Positions 51,301 to 62,990 are shown, numbered from the stretch's first letter. The stretch is DNA of 64,000 nucleotides from Malacoraja senta (GCA_038087875.1 CM075996.1:4528001-4592000); one strand, 5' to 3'. Made by a program: numbers and translations. The notes: generated by a model not told the origin, from the sequence alone.

Positions 51301-54300
51301 TTAAATCGGGGATGAATTTTCCATTGCAGGGTGCCTTTATTGCAGCTGCAGGAAACTTGCAAACATGTTTGTTGGTGCTGGGACGTGCACTGCCGGCCTC
51401 CCGGTTTGACCTGGCCTGTAGCCTCTCCTGGAATATCATTCGGCACAGCATTCAGAAGCTGGTGTTTATGCGTTGGCTGCTGAAGTGGACAAGAGGGTTT
51501 CGGCAAGATGCACAGCTTCAAGAAGAAGCCAAAATGAGTGCACGAGATGCTGCACTGGTGCATCATAAACTCCATCAACTGCAGTTGACAGGTATTGGTA
51601 ACATGATGAGCGTGATAACATTTCGCTGTTCATTTGACCTGATTGCATAAAGGGAAAGCTGGGGTTGAAATGTTATGGCTGCACGTAGATTCGGTGACCT
51701 CATTGCAGTTTATGGTACCTTTGCAGTGTGCAAAATGTTCACTGCTCTAATTACAGAAGGATTAGACCACATGGCTGAATCATGGGAAATTATGATGTCC
51801 TCCTTGAAAAGACTGTTTCCAAATTCTTCTTTGTGTTTGCATTTTCTTCTCCCAGTGACTATTGTTGTGATGGGGATAGAAGCGTATAAAATGTATCCTA
51901 TGATATAGAGCTCCATATGAGGCCTAAAATTCTGAGGGCTTGTCATGGTTTTATCGAGTCTCATTATTGCCTCCGAGCTTCTTTATTCCATACCTCTAGG
52001 GGGGGGAAGCCTGGATTTTTTTGTTTTATTTTTTTTTTGAACAGCATGCTGAAAAGCTACCCTCACTCAGAGATTTCTACCCCAGGCTTCTTCAAATAGT
52101 CTACAGCCTGACGCTCCTTCCATTCAGAAATCAAAACTGCTATTTGCTTTCTTCATATACACTTTATATTTTATAATGCACTTATTGACTGATTTCTACT
52201 GTAGCCGATTAGTCTTTTTTGTTACAACGTTATTAATTATTTCAGCTGGATACTGCGATCCAGTATTATAGAAATTATTCAAATTATGAAAGGCTTGGAC
52301 AGAGTACTTAGCAACAGACTTCAAGTGTCCTGAAAATTTGTTTTGACCATCCTTCGCCTGGAAGCCATATCAAGTTCATCCGAAAAGTGCAAAATAGGAA
52401 ACATTTAGTTGATGCCAATTCTTTATCTGCATTTCTTTTGATTTTAGATAAAGTGGTGCAAGGCCCTGTAAGTGCCATAAATCTAGCTCTGTCTGCAGTT
52501 AATCTAGCCGAGTGTGCAGAGGAGAAAATCCCCCAAAGTCTCATGGCGGAAATCTATATAACTGCTGCCATTTGTCTAAAAAACAAATTTAGTGGCAGAC
52601 TCTCCTTCATGTTGGTAAGTAGATACTTTGTGCTGTGCTTGGTTGTTACGAATAAGTTAGTAAGATATAGTTTTAATAAATGGTTTTGTGTCCAATTTCT
52701 GGGAGAATATATTGTTCATTCAGTGTCTAATGTATGAGGCACTGATTGGACCCTTCCGCAGACTCATACATAGGCAGGTAGAGATGATTGTTTATAGGCA
52801 ACTTCCAATGCCGGTATGGAACCTTGAATGATGAAAGATGGTTCAAGTGTGTACCTACAACATTGAAATCCTAATTCTCCAATCAATGCTCATCAATGCC
52901 AAGAATGTGCCAACAGAAGAACATTATGAAGTTATCCGTTCCTCTCAATTGCAAATGTTTAATAACTGAACTTTGTTTATTTTGTTACTGGGCCAAAACT
53001 CAGTGATCAAGTTGATATGCTTGTGGTTTGTGTATTACTTATGTTTTTCATGCTCACAGGGTTATTTCCTGCGTCGAGCCCAGCGGGTTTGCCAATCTCC
53101 GTGTGGTTCTGACCCCGGCACCTGTCAATGGCTTTTCCATCCTCTGGGACGCCGTTTCTTTGTGGATTGTAATTGGACGCTTAAATCGGTTCCTAAGGGA
53201 AGTCTCTTCAGCTCTCCAAGGAACCCGGGTAAGGAGTGTTGTCCAAGATCCACAAGTACACAGTCCTCAACAATTCTTCTGAATTATAAAGAAATGCATA
53301 TTTTAAAATTCTCCAGATGGCTCAGAGTTTCAGTAATTAAACTATTTTTTTTTGTTCACATCGTTCAGGTGCTAAAATCTAACAATAAAAAAATACAAGA
53401 AAATAGTAGATATGTGAACACATGCTTGGATTAATAATACTTGAAAATGCAAAGAAGAAAGAAAATAGGGTGGTGAAGGGGAGTTTATATTGTCTGGCTC
53501 ATTGGAAGAGTCACAGTGTTCTCTACTTAGAATCCAATCATTACTATGTCTGGTCAACACTGGAGCAATACAATTTGACCAAAAGAGAGCAAATTAACAA
53601 GTTAGGTCAAGTATATTTCGAGGAAACACAAAGAATCTTGAGCAAAACGCAAAGGGCTAGAGTAACTCAGCAGGTTAGGCAGCATCTGTGGAAGGAATAG
53701 ATAGAGGATGTTTCCAGTTGGGACCCTTCTTCAAACTCAGATTCTTCAGAATATTTCATGATAGCGCACAGCTTCAGTTCTTCTCTTGTATATTAAGTAA
53801 AAATCATCAGCAGGTGGGACTTGTGCAGATGGGGCATCTGGGTCAGCATGGGCAAGTTGGGCCGAAGGACCTGTTTCCATGCCGTAAGATGTTGAGGTCA
53901 GGCAGCATCTGTGGAGTGAGATATAGTTAATGTTTTAGTTCAATGTTGTGAGGAAGCCTCATAAACCCGAAACATTAGTTTTGTTTCACTCTCCACAGAT
54001 GCTGTCTGACTTACTGAAGATTTATTCACTCTCCACAGATGCTGTCTGACTTGCCGAAGATTTATTTCTAGCATTTTGTTTTATATTTCCACCAAATGAA
54101 GTTTATTTGGCTTTTTTGGATTCAGGATTTTTTGACAAATTTGGAACCATTACTTGCTATTCTTTGGTAAATTACACATGGACGGCAGCATATGGTGCAA
54201 GTAAAGAGAGCTATATTATATAGTTGCACAGTGAGAAATTGACTAAGAAAATCTTTTTTTAATATCACATAATTTGTAACACAAAAAATTATAAGGCACT

Positions 54301-57300
54301 TTGCCAGAATGCTATTGATCAAAATTTCACAGATTTCAAAATTTCCAAAGGTCTGAAGAAGGGTTTCGGCCCGAAACGTTACCTATTTCCTTCGCTCCAT
54401 AGATGCTGCTGCACCCGCTGAGTTTCTCCAGCATTTTTGTGTACTTTCAAAATTTCAAGGTTGACAACTGAAGGTTTGATCAAAGAGATAGGCGTAAAGT
54501 AGAATTTTAGTAGAAGTAGACCTGCATTGAAAGAATCATCTCTAGAAACCATGTATTTGAATCTCCCATTGATGCAGGAAGTGAACCCTAATACAAGATT
54601 TTTTATGTCATACTTTTTGTGTTACTCTGTAGACTGAGTCTGTTGTACCAGTGTATTTTATACAATACATAATTTGCATCCAATCTTGAAGCTGAACTGG
54701 AGATGCTAATCATTGTGATTTATACTTTGCCTTTCGCAGTTGATCCAGTAGCCCAAGTGAACCAAGCCTTTTGTGAAAATTTGCTTGAGAAAGCTGTATA
54801 CTCGCTGGTCAAACCAGAGGTTGAGGATGCGGGGTATGTACACTGGCCTAATGTAAGTGGTGGGGAGGGGGGGTTATATGGGGTAGAATGAATAGCTGAA
54901 GAAAAGCTTGGCGAAAACAATTCCTTCATTTCTTGGACGGTGAATGGCTTTACAGAAAGGCAATTGGTAAATTGAATAATTCTTTATTGTCTGTTTCTAT
55001 GCGAGGTAAAGGATTTTAATATAAATGGAATGAGGGATAATTAGTTTTGTGGGAAACTTGCATTTTCCCGTCTCTCCATGGTAAATAATTGGAATCAAAC
55101 AACCTTTTTAAGGGCCTGTTCCACTTAGGCGACTCTTTAGGCGACTGCCAGGGACTAGTTTTAATGGAATTCATCTATGACACCTGGCGACAACCTACAA
55201 TATCACCTACGTCAACCCACGACAACACCTACGATAACCTACGACAACAAAAATTATCGCCACTGTCGCTGAAAATTTTTCAACATGTTGAAAATTTTGC
55301 AGCAGTCGCCTGTAGTCGCCCAAAAAATCGCCTAAGTGGGACAGGCCCTTCAGAAAATGTCACGTATTTAAAAAGTCCTGACTTGACCCTGACATCAGAA
55401 AAATTGGTCCTTGGTTCTGCAGGATAAACGTTCCAGTCTAGCTCTTGGGAGGAACAGAATATTTGATTAAATTCCTGCAGTTTGTTGTCTTCAAAATAGA
55501 ATCAAGCAGGCATTATATTTCCTCCTACTCTTAATTCTTGGGAATTAACTCTCCGCTTAGATTTCTTTGTTTTTGTTTTGGAAGAGTTTTAGATTTGATT
55601 GTTTTAGCACTGTTTTGTCCTGCCCCAGTAATATCATTTTTGGTGAATGAAGGCAAATCTTAACCAAAATGAGTCCGAGAATGCTGTACCATTATAAATT
55701 ATATTATTCACAAAGATTACATGAAAATCCAAAATTCCATTTTGGAATCATAAACCTTTGCCAGTATTGAAATAAAGGGATAAATGGGGATTTAGAAAAT
55801 TCTCCATCAGACTTCAGAAATGCAGCGCGGAAACAGGCCCTTCGACCCACTGAGTCCACACTGACCAGCGATGTCCCGTACGCTACCACTATCCTACACC
55901 TTAGGGGCAATTTTTTTTTTTTGCTAAAGCCAATTAACCTACAAACCTGTATGTCTCTGGAGTGTGGGAGGAAACTGGAGCACCCGGAGAAACCCCATAT
56001 GGTCACAGAATGGAGAATATATTCATTGGCATGAATATAAGTATGATTTAGCATATCATAAGTACAAGTGTACAATTTCAGGAACCAAGAATAATATGAT
56101 TCTCAGCAGTCTGAAGAAGGGTTTCGGCCCGAAACGTTGCCTATTTCCTTCTCTCCATAGATGCTGCTGCACCCGCTGAGTTTCTCCAGCACTTTTGTGT
56201 ACCAATGATTTATTATATGATCTGCTGAGTTGAAGATGATTTTAAGTGGAAGATCTATGTTTCATTGCCAATCTCCAAACTAAACTAAAATGTATTGTCT
56301 ATTGCAGAGAATTCTCCAATGCTTTTGAGTATTTACAGTTACTTAAAACTTGTGCTGACACAGCTGGAAATTGGACACAGGCATTTTCCATTGATTCCAG
56401 TCTGAGGAGAACTGCAGGTGAGAGTTTGGCTTTGGAATGATTTGATTTTGGGTCAATGATTAAAAAATGAGCAGAATAATCAATTAAAGGCAGTGATGTG
56501 GGTAAATGCCATGTTCCCCATCATATGAACATTAGACATAGGGGCAGAATTAGGCCATTCAGCCTATCAAGTCCATTCCGCCATTCAATCATGGCTGAGC
56601 TATATTTCCCTCTATATTTCCCCCTTTTTCCTGCCTTCTTCCCGTAATCCTGAAGCCCCACTAATCAAGAACCAAATGGAATCAATCTCCGATTTAAAAA
56701 ATACCCAATGACTTGTCCTTCACCACAATCTGCGGCAATTAATTCCACAGATTCACCACCTTCAGGCTAAAGAAATTCCTCCTCATCTTCATTCTAAAGG
56801 TGTGTGCTTTAATTCTGAGACTGTGCCCTTTGATCCTAGTCTCTCCCACTCCTGGAAACATCCTCTCCACATCCACTCTATCTAGATTCAGATAGATACC
56901 CATTATTCAGTAGATTTCAGTGAGATCCCCATTGTCCTCTTCCTGCTTTGAAGGAGCATTCTTGATGACTCTGCAAACAAGTCTGTGCAGAAATTACGTT
57001 TTGGTTTATTTTTGAAGGATGCGGACATAATGTGGTCAAATGAGAGTAGTATAGATGGGCAAAATGGTCAGCGTGGACTTGATGGACCGAAGGGCACACA
57101 AGTGTGCTGTATGTCTCTGATTTCAATTTCTGTCATCCCCTCCAATTGAAATGGTTTTTTTGTACAATATTTGCCATTCCCTTGAGTTATCCTGAGTCCC
57201 CATGATCTCCCATCTCAACCAATGTTTGATGGATTGCTAGCAAAGAACTACTAGTTCTGAAACTACTTTCAATAATTTCATCAGATAGTCTTCAAACTTT

Positions 57301-60300
57301 TTAATGCCTTTGAATGGTAAAATGCCTTGCTTCAAACCTAAGCTACATGTTTTGTATTTATACAAGCAACGCAACCATTTTGCATTGGGGAAACAAAAGT
57401 AACTGCTTGTGTTAGTAAAATATTTTTTCTAATCACTTTATCAGGTCCCGATCCTGTCAGTAAATGGTGGGCATCCGTTGTCGTGTTTGTTGTACACTGG
57501 CTTCAGGGTGACGATACAACAGCAAAAGAATTGTTCACTGAAGTAGAACGGATACCCAAATCTCTGCAGATGGCTGAGTATGTCAGTGTTTTATTTTTCT
57601 CATATTAAGTGAAGGTTGATACCTTAAGCAGTAGGCAGTGAATTTGGACGTGAAATAATCCCGTTGCATGTACAGAGTTTTGTTTTATAAATTTTTTCTT
57701 CTTCTTTCTTCTTCCTTTCTTCTTCTTTCTTTCTTCCTTTCTTCTTCCCGCCCCCCCACCCTGCATCAGTCTGAAGAAGGGTTTAGGCCCGAAACGTTGC
57801 CTATTTCCTTCGCTCCATAGATGCTGCCGCACCCGCTGAGTTTCTCCAGCATTTTTGTCTACCTTTGCTTTATGAATGCTCTGCTTTAAAGGAAATAAAG
57901 TTTTTTCCTTTGGGCGACACAGTTGTGTAGCGGGTAGAGCTGCTGTCTCACAGCACCAGAGACGCAGGTTTGATCCTGACCTCGGATGCTGTCTGTATGG
58001 AATTTGTTCATTTTCCCTATGACCGTGTGGATTTTCTCCGGGTGCTCCACTTTCCTCACACGTCTAAAAAAAAGTGCGGGTTTCAAAGTTAATTGGTCTT
58101 TGTAAATTCCCCGTGGTGTGCAGTGAGTGGATGAGAACGTGAGATAACAGAACTAGTGTAAACAGGTGAACGATGTTCGGAGTGGACTCGATGGTCCAAA
58201 GGGTCTGTTGAACACTACTAACTCCAACTAAACTACAAACTGCCTTGGTGCACTAGGGCTTTGTTTTGTTTTGCACTACATTGGATGTTTTACTTATTTA
58301 ACATGTTTTTGTTTGTTTATTATGTTATCTATTGAGTACTGGATTTACAAACCTGTTGTGCTGCTGCAAGAAAGAATTTTCCATTTTAGTACATATATTA
58401 ATTCAACACAAGATAGACATAAAAAGCTGGAGTAACTCAGCGGGACAGGCAGCATCTCTGGAGAGAAGGAATGGGTGACGTTTCGGGTCTAGACCCTTCA
58501 GACTCTTTTAAAAAAAGACCAGCTCTGCTAGGCGGAATAGTGTTAGTAGAGGGAAATTGGATGGTTCTGCGGTCGAGGAAGAAACGGAAGAGTTTAAGGT
58601 CTTCCTGGTGGGGGAATGGAGGGTGGGGTTAAACACACTTGATATGGAGATGCAAGGAATGGAGGGACTGATTATGTGCAGGAGATACGAATTGGTCAGG
58701 CAGCGGGACAGGCAGCATCTCTGGAGAGAAGAAATGGGTGACGTTTCGGGTCGAGACCCTACTTCCAGGGGTGAAGTAGGGTCTCTACCACTTCCTGACG
58801 AATTCAATCAACCTGGCGAGCACTAACAGAAAATCAAACAGAACAAGTTGTCTTACAACTTTAGGCTGTGCACGCCATACGCAAGAAGAAGAAGAATAAG
58901 ACCCTACAAGTGAAGCTGTTCACCCACCATGTAAAACTAGGGGGCGCGAGAATTATAATTGCAAACAATCTAATCGTCATTTATTCTTCAACAACAGTGT
59001 TAATCCAACTCTGCCAGAAAATATTGATTTTTTTGTTGTCACCATTGCATAATTTATTTTTTCTCGTCTCCCAAATATAGGAGCTCACTGCCAAAGGCTA
59101 TTCTTCACATCTGCAAAGCGATGCAGACAACTCTCTTGGGGAAACGAGATGCTCACCAGACAACGTTCCTGCGCTGTGAGAGGGCCAGTGGATATCTATG
59201 CAACAGTTTGTCCGTCTCTAGCCCACACCAGGATACAAAGCTTCACCAGGTACGGAGCTGTTCGTTGGTGCCATCCCATTGTTTCATATGGTTTCTGCGC
59301 CTTAGCAATAGTAATGAGGTTCCTGCATCTCAGCAAACACTTGCATTGTCCAAACTGCAGCTTTAAAACCTACAAATCAGCCATATTGCAGTAGAAATTC
59401 TGCTGCTTTTGTAATTAAAGCCAGGGCAGAAGTGTGCTCAGGTCTTTCAAAAATGAGATGGTGGCCTCTGGGGTGCATTGTAGTTGCATTGCATGTGCCA
59501 GCGATGTTGTGCAATGTGTCTGCAGTGCAATACAGAGGTGTGCCCTGGGCATCGGCAAGTGAACACGATTCACCATAATCGAGGTCTTACAATTAGTTCA
59601 TGGCTGGTGATGTCTTTTCACCATGAGGCCAAATGTGCAAGGTTTTTAACTGCACATCTGACCTTTCTTGAGCAATACCCAGCCTTGAATATGTCTGTCA
59701 AAGGAAACAGGCCACTTTACCCAACTGTTATAAGCTTGTAGTTGCACGTATAACCTCCCATCAAATACATCTCTGCTATTTATTTACATGGTATAAAGGA
59801 TAGTGAGTCCTGCAATCCCACCACTAAGAAAAAATATCTTCCTGATTTCTCCATTTGTCGTATTGATATCATCAAATAGATATGGATCCTGATGGTTCAG
59901 CGTGTGGCTCACTGGTTAGTCTGGAATGTGAGTCGATGGTCAGGGATGCATGAGGGCCATGCGCCTGAGTGAGGGTGTGGAGTTTAGCTGAGGCTGGGCT
60001 CCAGCTGTGGGCCTGGTGTGCAGTTGGAGGGAGAGTTGGGGTCCCAAACACCAGAGGTCAGGAGCAAGGCTGGAGTCGAGGTTCAGACTGCTTTTATATT
60101 TCCTGCTCCCTTTTATACTCATTTACACTGGAAAATTTACTACAGTGCATAACATGTTTAAGGAAAAGCAATAGAAAAGTTTGCCAGGGTTTTGGAGTAA
60201 CAACCAAGGTCTGGTAAATCTGTCAGTCCAGCTCTACCAAAGTCCCAAGAGCAGTGGACAATCAAAGTATTTTGAGCAACCTTGCAGATGCAATAATATG

Positions 60301-61723
60301 TTCTAATTATTTTTAATGTACCTCCCTTAATTTTTTAAAGATGGATTGATGCAAAATTGGAGAAAGGATGGTGATGTGAAATATCTTTTATCGTAAGATG
60401 GGGGGGAAAGCTTGGATTATCATTGCTTACTTGTCTGGCAATGACATTTTGTTTTTTTTTGTTCTTGGCAGGCAGTGCAATTGTTGATCTGCGACATTTT
60501 GCTCTCAATTCGTACAACCTTGTGGCAGAAACAAGCGAATTCCAGCCAAGCCGTGGGTGAGGCCTACCAAGCATCAAGTCTGGAACTGAAAGGATTCCAA
60601 CAAGACTTGAGCAGTCTCAGGAAGCTTGGGCAGACTTTTAAACCAGCACATCGTAAGGTAAGCAAACAGAACATGTTCAGGGCCTCGACAGTTATTACAA
60701 ATTGGGGCAAAAGATCATAATTATATTGCTCGTAATTTTTCTATCAATTATGCTATACCCTGCTATCAACTGATTTGTGCAATATCTCGTGTAATAATTG
60801 TGGTGAGCGTCCATTCATGAATAATGGACCGTTGGCCGGGACCTGTTCCTGTTCTGTATTTGGGTGGTAATGTCACAAAATAGACATCAACTTCTCAGCT
60901 GGTAAAGACACAAGGTTTTTTGGCTGAGGGTGCAAAGTATAATTATGAGAGAATACCTTTCAATACAAGACCAGCTGCAGCTGCTTTAATATTTTCCCTT
61001 CAGGGATTTCTACATTAAAAGACATGAAACATTTCTATTATTGCAGAGGCAGCTGTGATACTACTGCACAAAGTTTTAAAAGTTAAGTTTTGGTTGGGGG
61101 AAAAAAAGCTATTTTTAGTGGTAGGAGCATCACTGTTGCTGGTGTTTGAATTGATTTACTTGGACAGTTATTGAAATGAGAATCCGCAAGTGGTTGAGGC
61201 CACAGGGTTGGGTCATAGAGGGTTTTAGAAGGGAGGATGTATTCAGGGGGATAGGTGTAATGGGACGGCATGTTGGCACAATGGTAGAATTGCTGCCTTA
61301 CAGCCCCAGAGACCCGGGTTTGATGCTGTCTGTACGCTGTTTGTACATTCTCCCCGTGACCGAGTGGGTTTTCTCCGGGTGCTCCTGTTTCCTCCCACAC
61401 TCCAAAGACGTCCAGGTTTGTAGGTTAATTGGCTTTGGTATAAACTTAAAATTGTCCCTAGTGTGTAGGATGTTGCTAGTGTACAGGGATTGCTGGTCGG
61501 CGTGGACTCGGTGGGCCGAAGGGCCTGTTTCTGTGTTGTGTCTCTAAACTAAACTAATGTGAGTGTAATATTCTCTCTTTAAATGGCTTACGTGCTGGAA
61601 ATTTCTTCCAGATGTTTTTGCATGAAACGACAGTGAGGTTGATGGCGGGTGCAAGTCCAACAAGAACACACCAGCTTCTGGAGCACAGTCTGAGGAGACG
61701 CATTTCACACCCCGTCCAACAAG
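30338..61723 (+). CDS. SREBF2: Sterol regulatory element-binding protein 2, exons 1-18: 30338-30422, 37858-38523, 42043-42233, 43604-43750, 45665-45889, 47372-47486, 47756-47937, 48567-48753, 50097-50281, 51330-51591, 52448-52614, 53060-53228, 54740-54833, 56308-56417, 57445-57577, 59081-59249, 60472-60657, 61612-61723; final exon beyond window
   Basis: All exons are AG/GT-bounded and phase-compatible (3385 nt). Acidic N-terminus GDIDEMLQFV; bHLH-Zip with SREBP-specific Tyr ([44 protein letters not shown]); SPPPSDSGS degron; TM1 [16 protein letters not shown]1P site RSML; TM2; C-terminal [22 protein letters not shown]; miR-33 in intron 16. Confidence 0.96.
31548..32520 (-). mobile_element. 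Penelope-like retroelement 3' part: GIY-YIG endonuclease ORF, 3' UTR and hammerhead-bearing terminal repeat
   Basis: ORF 32685-31846 contains [17 protein letters not shown]..., [54 protein letters not shown] (GIY-YIG with Cys/His motif). On the same strand it is followed by CTGAAGAAGGGTCTTGACCCGAAATGTC (31634-31607). Confidence 0.88.
33915..34175 (-). mobile_element. CR1/HER1 LINE 3' end
   Basis: Similar to 24414-24680. Confidence 0.75.
36067..37725. mobile_element. Non-autonomous DNA transposon, TAG..CTA termini, 3-bp TSD (Academ-like)
   Basis: Left TAGGCTGTGGGCCGAG vs right reverse complement TAGGCTGTAGGCCGAG; subterminal TTCGTGACCCA..GGAACTAC inverted match; AAT on both flanks (36064-66, 37726-28). 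Confidence 0.75.
36890..37215. repeat. GC-rich 28-bp minisatellite
   Basis: Unit CCACTCTCACCACCCACCGGCGGCCCGG recurs at 36964, 36992, 37020, etc. Confidence 0.85.
37971..38327 (+). repeat. Coding CAG/CAA-rich minisatellite (Gln-rich tract in SREBF2 exon 2)
   Basis: 119 codons, 76 Gln, 12 QQLV motifs; three 36-nt [12 protein letters not shown] units. Confidence 0.95.
38704..38960 (+). mobile_element. V-SINE/HE1-like SINE (old copy)
   Basis: tRNA-like head (..GGGTTCAATCC) and central GTGGATTTCTTCTGGATGCTCCTGTTTCTTTCCACATCC domain. Confidence 0.65.
39745..40590. repeat. Degenerate G-rich satellite (TCAGTACAGGATGGATGGGGG-like units)
   Basis: Recurring CAGT(A/G)C(A/G)GGATG(G/A)ATGGG motif, interrupted by a Penelope-type unit at 39950-40041. 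Confidence 0.75.
40705..40732. mobile_element. 28-bp perfect palindrome with 8-bp TSD (P-element-like footprint)
   Basis: GTGCAGCT|CAAAGATCCTATAGCTATAGGATCTTTG|GTGCAGCT. Confidence 0.78.
40747..41061. repeat. Long GC-rich inverted repeat (arms about 135 and 158 bp, 21-nt pyrimidine spacer)
   Basis: 40747-40882 is the near reverse complement of 40904-41061; the right arm has one small internal insertion. Confidence 0.9.
41580..41955 (-). mobile_element. CR1/HER1 LINE 3' fragment
   Basis: (AGAAACAT)n tail and similarity to 24414-24790. Confidence 0.8.
42578..42890 (+). mobile_element. CR1/HER1 LINE 3' fragment
   Basis: [40 protein letters not shown]..; near-identical to 2890-3225. Confidence 0.85.
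45947..46276. mobile_element. MITE, PIF/Harbinger-like (TWA flanks)
   Basis: About 48-bp terminal inverted repeats AAGGCCTGTCCCACGGTACGAGTTCATTCCAAGAG..; flanked by TAA / TTA. Confidence 0.8.
54351..54444 (+). ncRNA. Minimal type I hammerhead ribozyme motif (core 54353-54380) in a Penelope-derived repeat; intact sister cores at 56111-56138, 57771-57798, 40011-40038(-), 51038-51065(-)
   Basis: CUGAAGA-A-GGGU(UUCG)GCCC-GAAA-CG-UU; AGGU/ACCU can form helix I; helix III reduced to the palindrome ACGU. Confidence 0.7.
55111..55349. mobile_element. MITE, PIF/Harbinger-like, related to 45947-46276
   Basis: TIR AGGGCCTGT(T/C)CCACTTAGGCGA at both ends; flanks TTA / TCA. Confidence 0.8.
56535..56885 (-). 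mobile_element. CR1-type LINE 3' fragment
   Basis: Similar to other CR1 3' ends (GGCCATTC..GCCATTCAATCATGGCTGA, AATTCCACAGATTCACCAC). Confidence 0.7.
57911..58210 (+). mobile_element. V-SINE/HE1-like SINE
   Basis: tRNA-like A/B boxes, central GTGGATTTTCTCCGGGTGCTCC domain, LINE-derived tail. Confidence 0.75.
59463..59540 (+). ncRNA. MIR33A: microRNA mir-33 (miR-33a-type) precursor; mature 5p 59473-59493
   Basis: GTGCATTGTAGTTGCATTGCA is the canonical miR-33a-5p sequence; 3p arm CAATGTGTCTGCAGTGCA; basal stem GCCTCTG/CAGAGGT; located in SREBF2 intron 16. Confidence 0.97.
61262..61557 (+). mobile_element. V-SINE/HE1-like SINE
   Basis: tRNA-like head, V-domain GTGGGTTTTCTCCGGGTGCTCCTGTTTCCTCCCACACTCCAAAGAC, tail GGGCCGAAGGGCCTGTTTC..(CTAAA)n; ends about 55 bp before the exon 18 acceptor. 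Confidence 0.8.
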
Positions 61724-62089
61724 GTAAATACATCTCACACCTGTCTTCCAGCCGCCAATGCTGGAGGCTCATATGTAACATCCATTACCTTGTCCTAGCA
61801 ACAGAGACCATTGCAAGCAAAAACATCCACTTGCTTTTAAACTGCTTAAAGTATGTTACTTTATTACATTTACTTGTGTTCCTGGCCTATTGTGCTTGTG
61901 CCACCTCTTGATCTATCCTGATCATCCCACTTCCCTGTTCTTTCTCTTTAACTCTGGCATTTTTTCCCACACAACTGAGTATTATCCATTTTCCATGTTA
62001 TTGTTTAATCTGTACCCACTATCCCCCCCAGTCAATCCTTTTATCAACTAATTTATATTTTAGTTTGTTAATTACTGACCTCTGCTAAG

Positions 62090-62990
62090 AAAAGGAGGTT
62101 TACTCTGTCTAGGGCTTTAATAATTGTACATATTCTTTTCCTCTCCTTTGTTCCCTCAAGTGACCTGTGCCTTGATAGGATTTACTCATGCCGATAATTC
62201 TCCACCCTGATAGTCCTCGCATATCTTCTCTGCACATACTGCTTTTGCGATCACACTCTTGCTCTATTTTGGCAGCCAAAACTCTCCTCGGTTCTCCAGC
62301 TGTGGGACTATGATCTCTTGCATACCCCCCTGCTCTGTATTCTGTACTTCAGCCTATAAAGGCAAGTATCCCATATTCATCCTTAATCACCTTATCTACC
62401 TGTCTTGCTGCCTTCAGGGATTTGTGAAGATGCACGACAAGATCTTGCTGTTCCTCTTAATTTCTCGACCTCTACATTGCATCTTACATTTCTTCGCATT
62501 CTTTGCCAAATCCAAGCACACTAGTTCATGCTTTTCCAGGCTGAATTCCACTTAACACTTTATGCCCACCTATCCAGTCCACTGATTTCTTCTCGCACTG
62601 TAACTCACTTCCTCATTATCATCTTGGGTATAATCACCAATTTTCTTAATTATAATTAAAAGCAAATCATCCACAAATATCTCAAATATCATAAAAGTCC
62701 TCCCGCTGATCTTTGTGGAATCCCATTGCGTACCACTACAGTCACTAAAACTTTCATTGACCATTATCTATTGCTCTGTTGCTGAGCCCACTTTTACACC
62801 AAATTGCCACTTTCCCATGGATCCCATGGAACATTTTACGTTCCAAACCTTTTTATTTGACTTTGTCAAACACCATGCTCTGCTATCCGATGGTTTGGCA
62901 ATCCCAAAGGTTCTCCATTTGCTTGCTAGGTGCAAAATCCCAGATCCCTTTAAACCTACCAAGACCCACTTCCAATGCTCCCTCTAAAAT
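62090..62990 (-). mobile_element. Highly degenerate CR1-type LINE fragment
   Basis: Residual similarity to the RT/C-terminal region of 24414-26158, many stops. Confidence 0.45.

Noticed and set aside
57911..57990. tRNA-like sequences at SINE heads
   Set aside because: Degenerate and contiguous with SINE core and tail; not functional tRNA genes.
30338..61723. Alternative identification as SREBF1
   Set aside because: [12 protein letters not shown] (not RTAHNAIEKRYR), GDIDEMLQFV, the miR-33a-type sequence and CCDC134 adjacency all indicate SREBF2.
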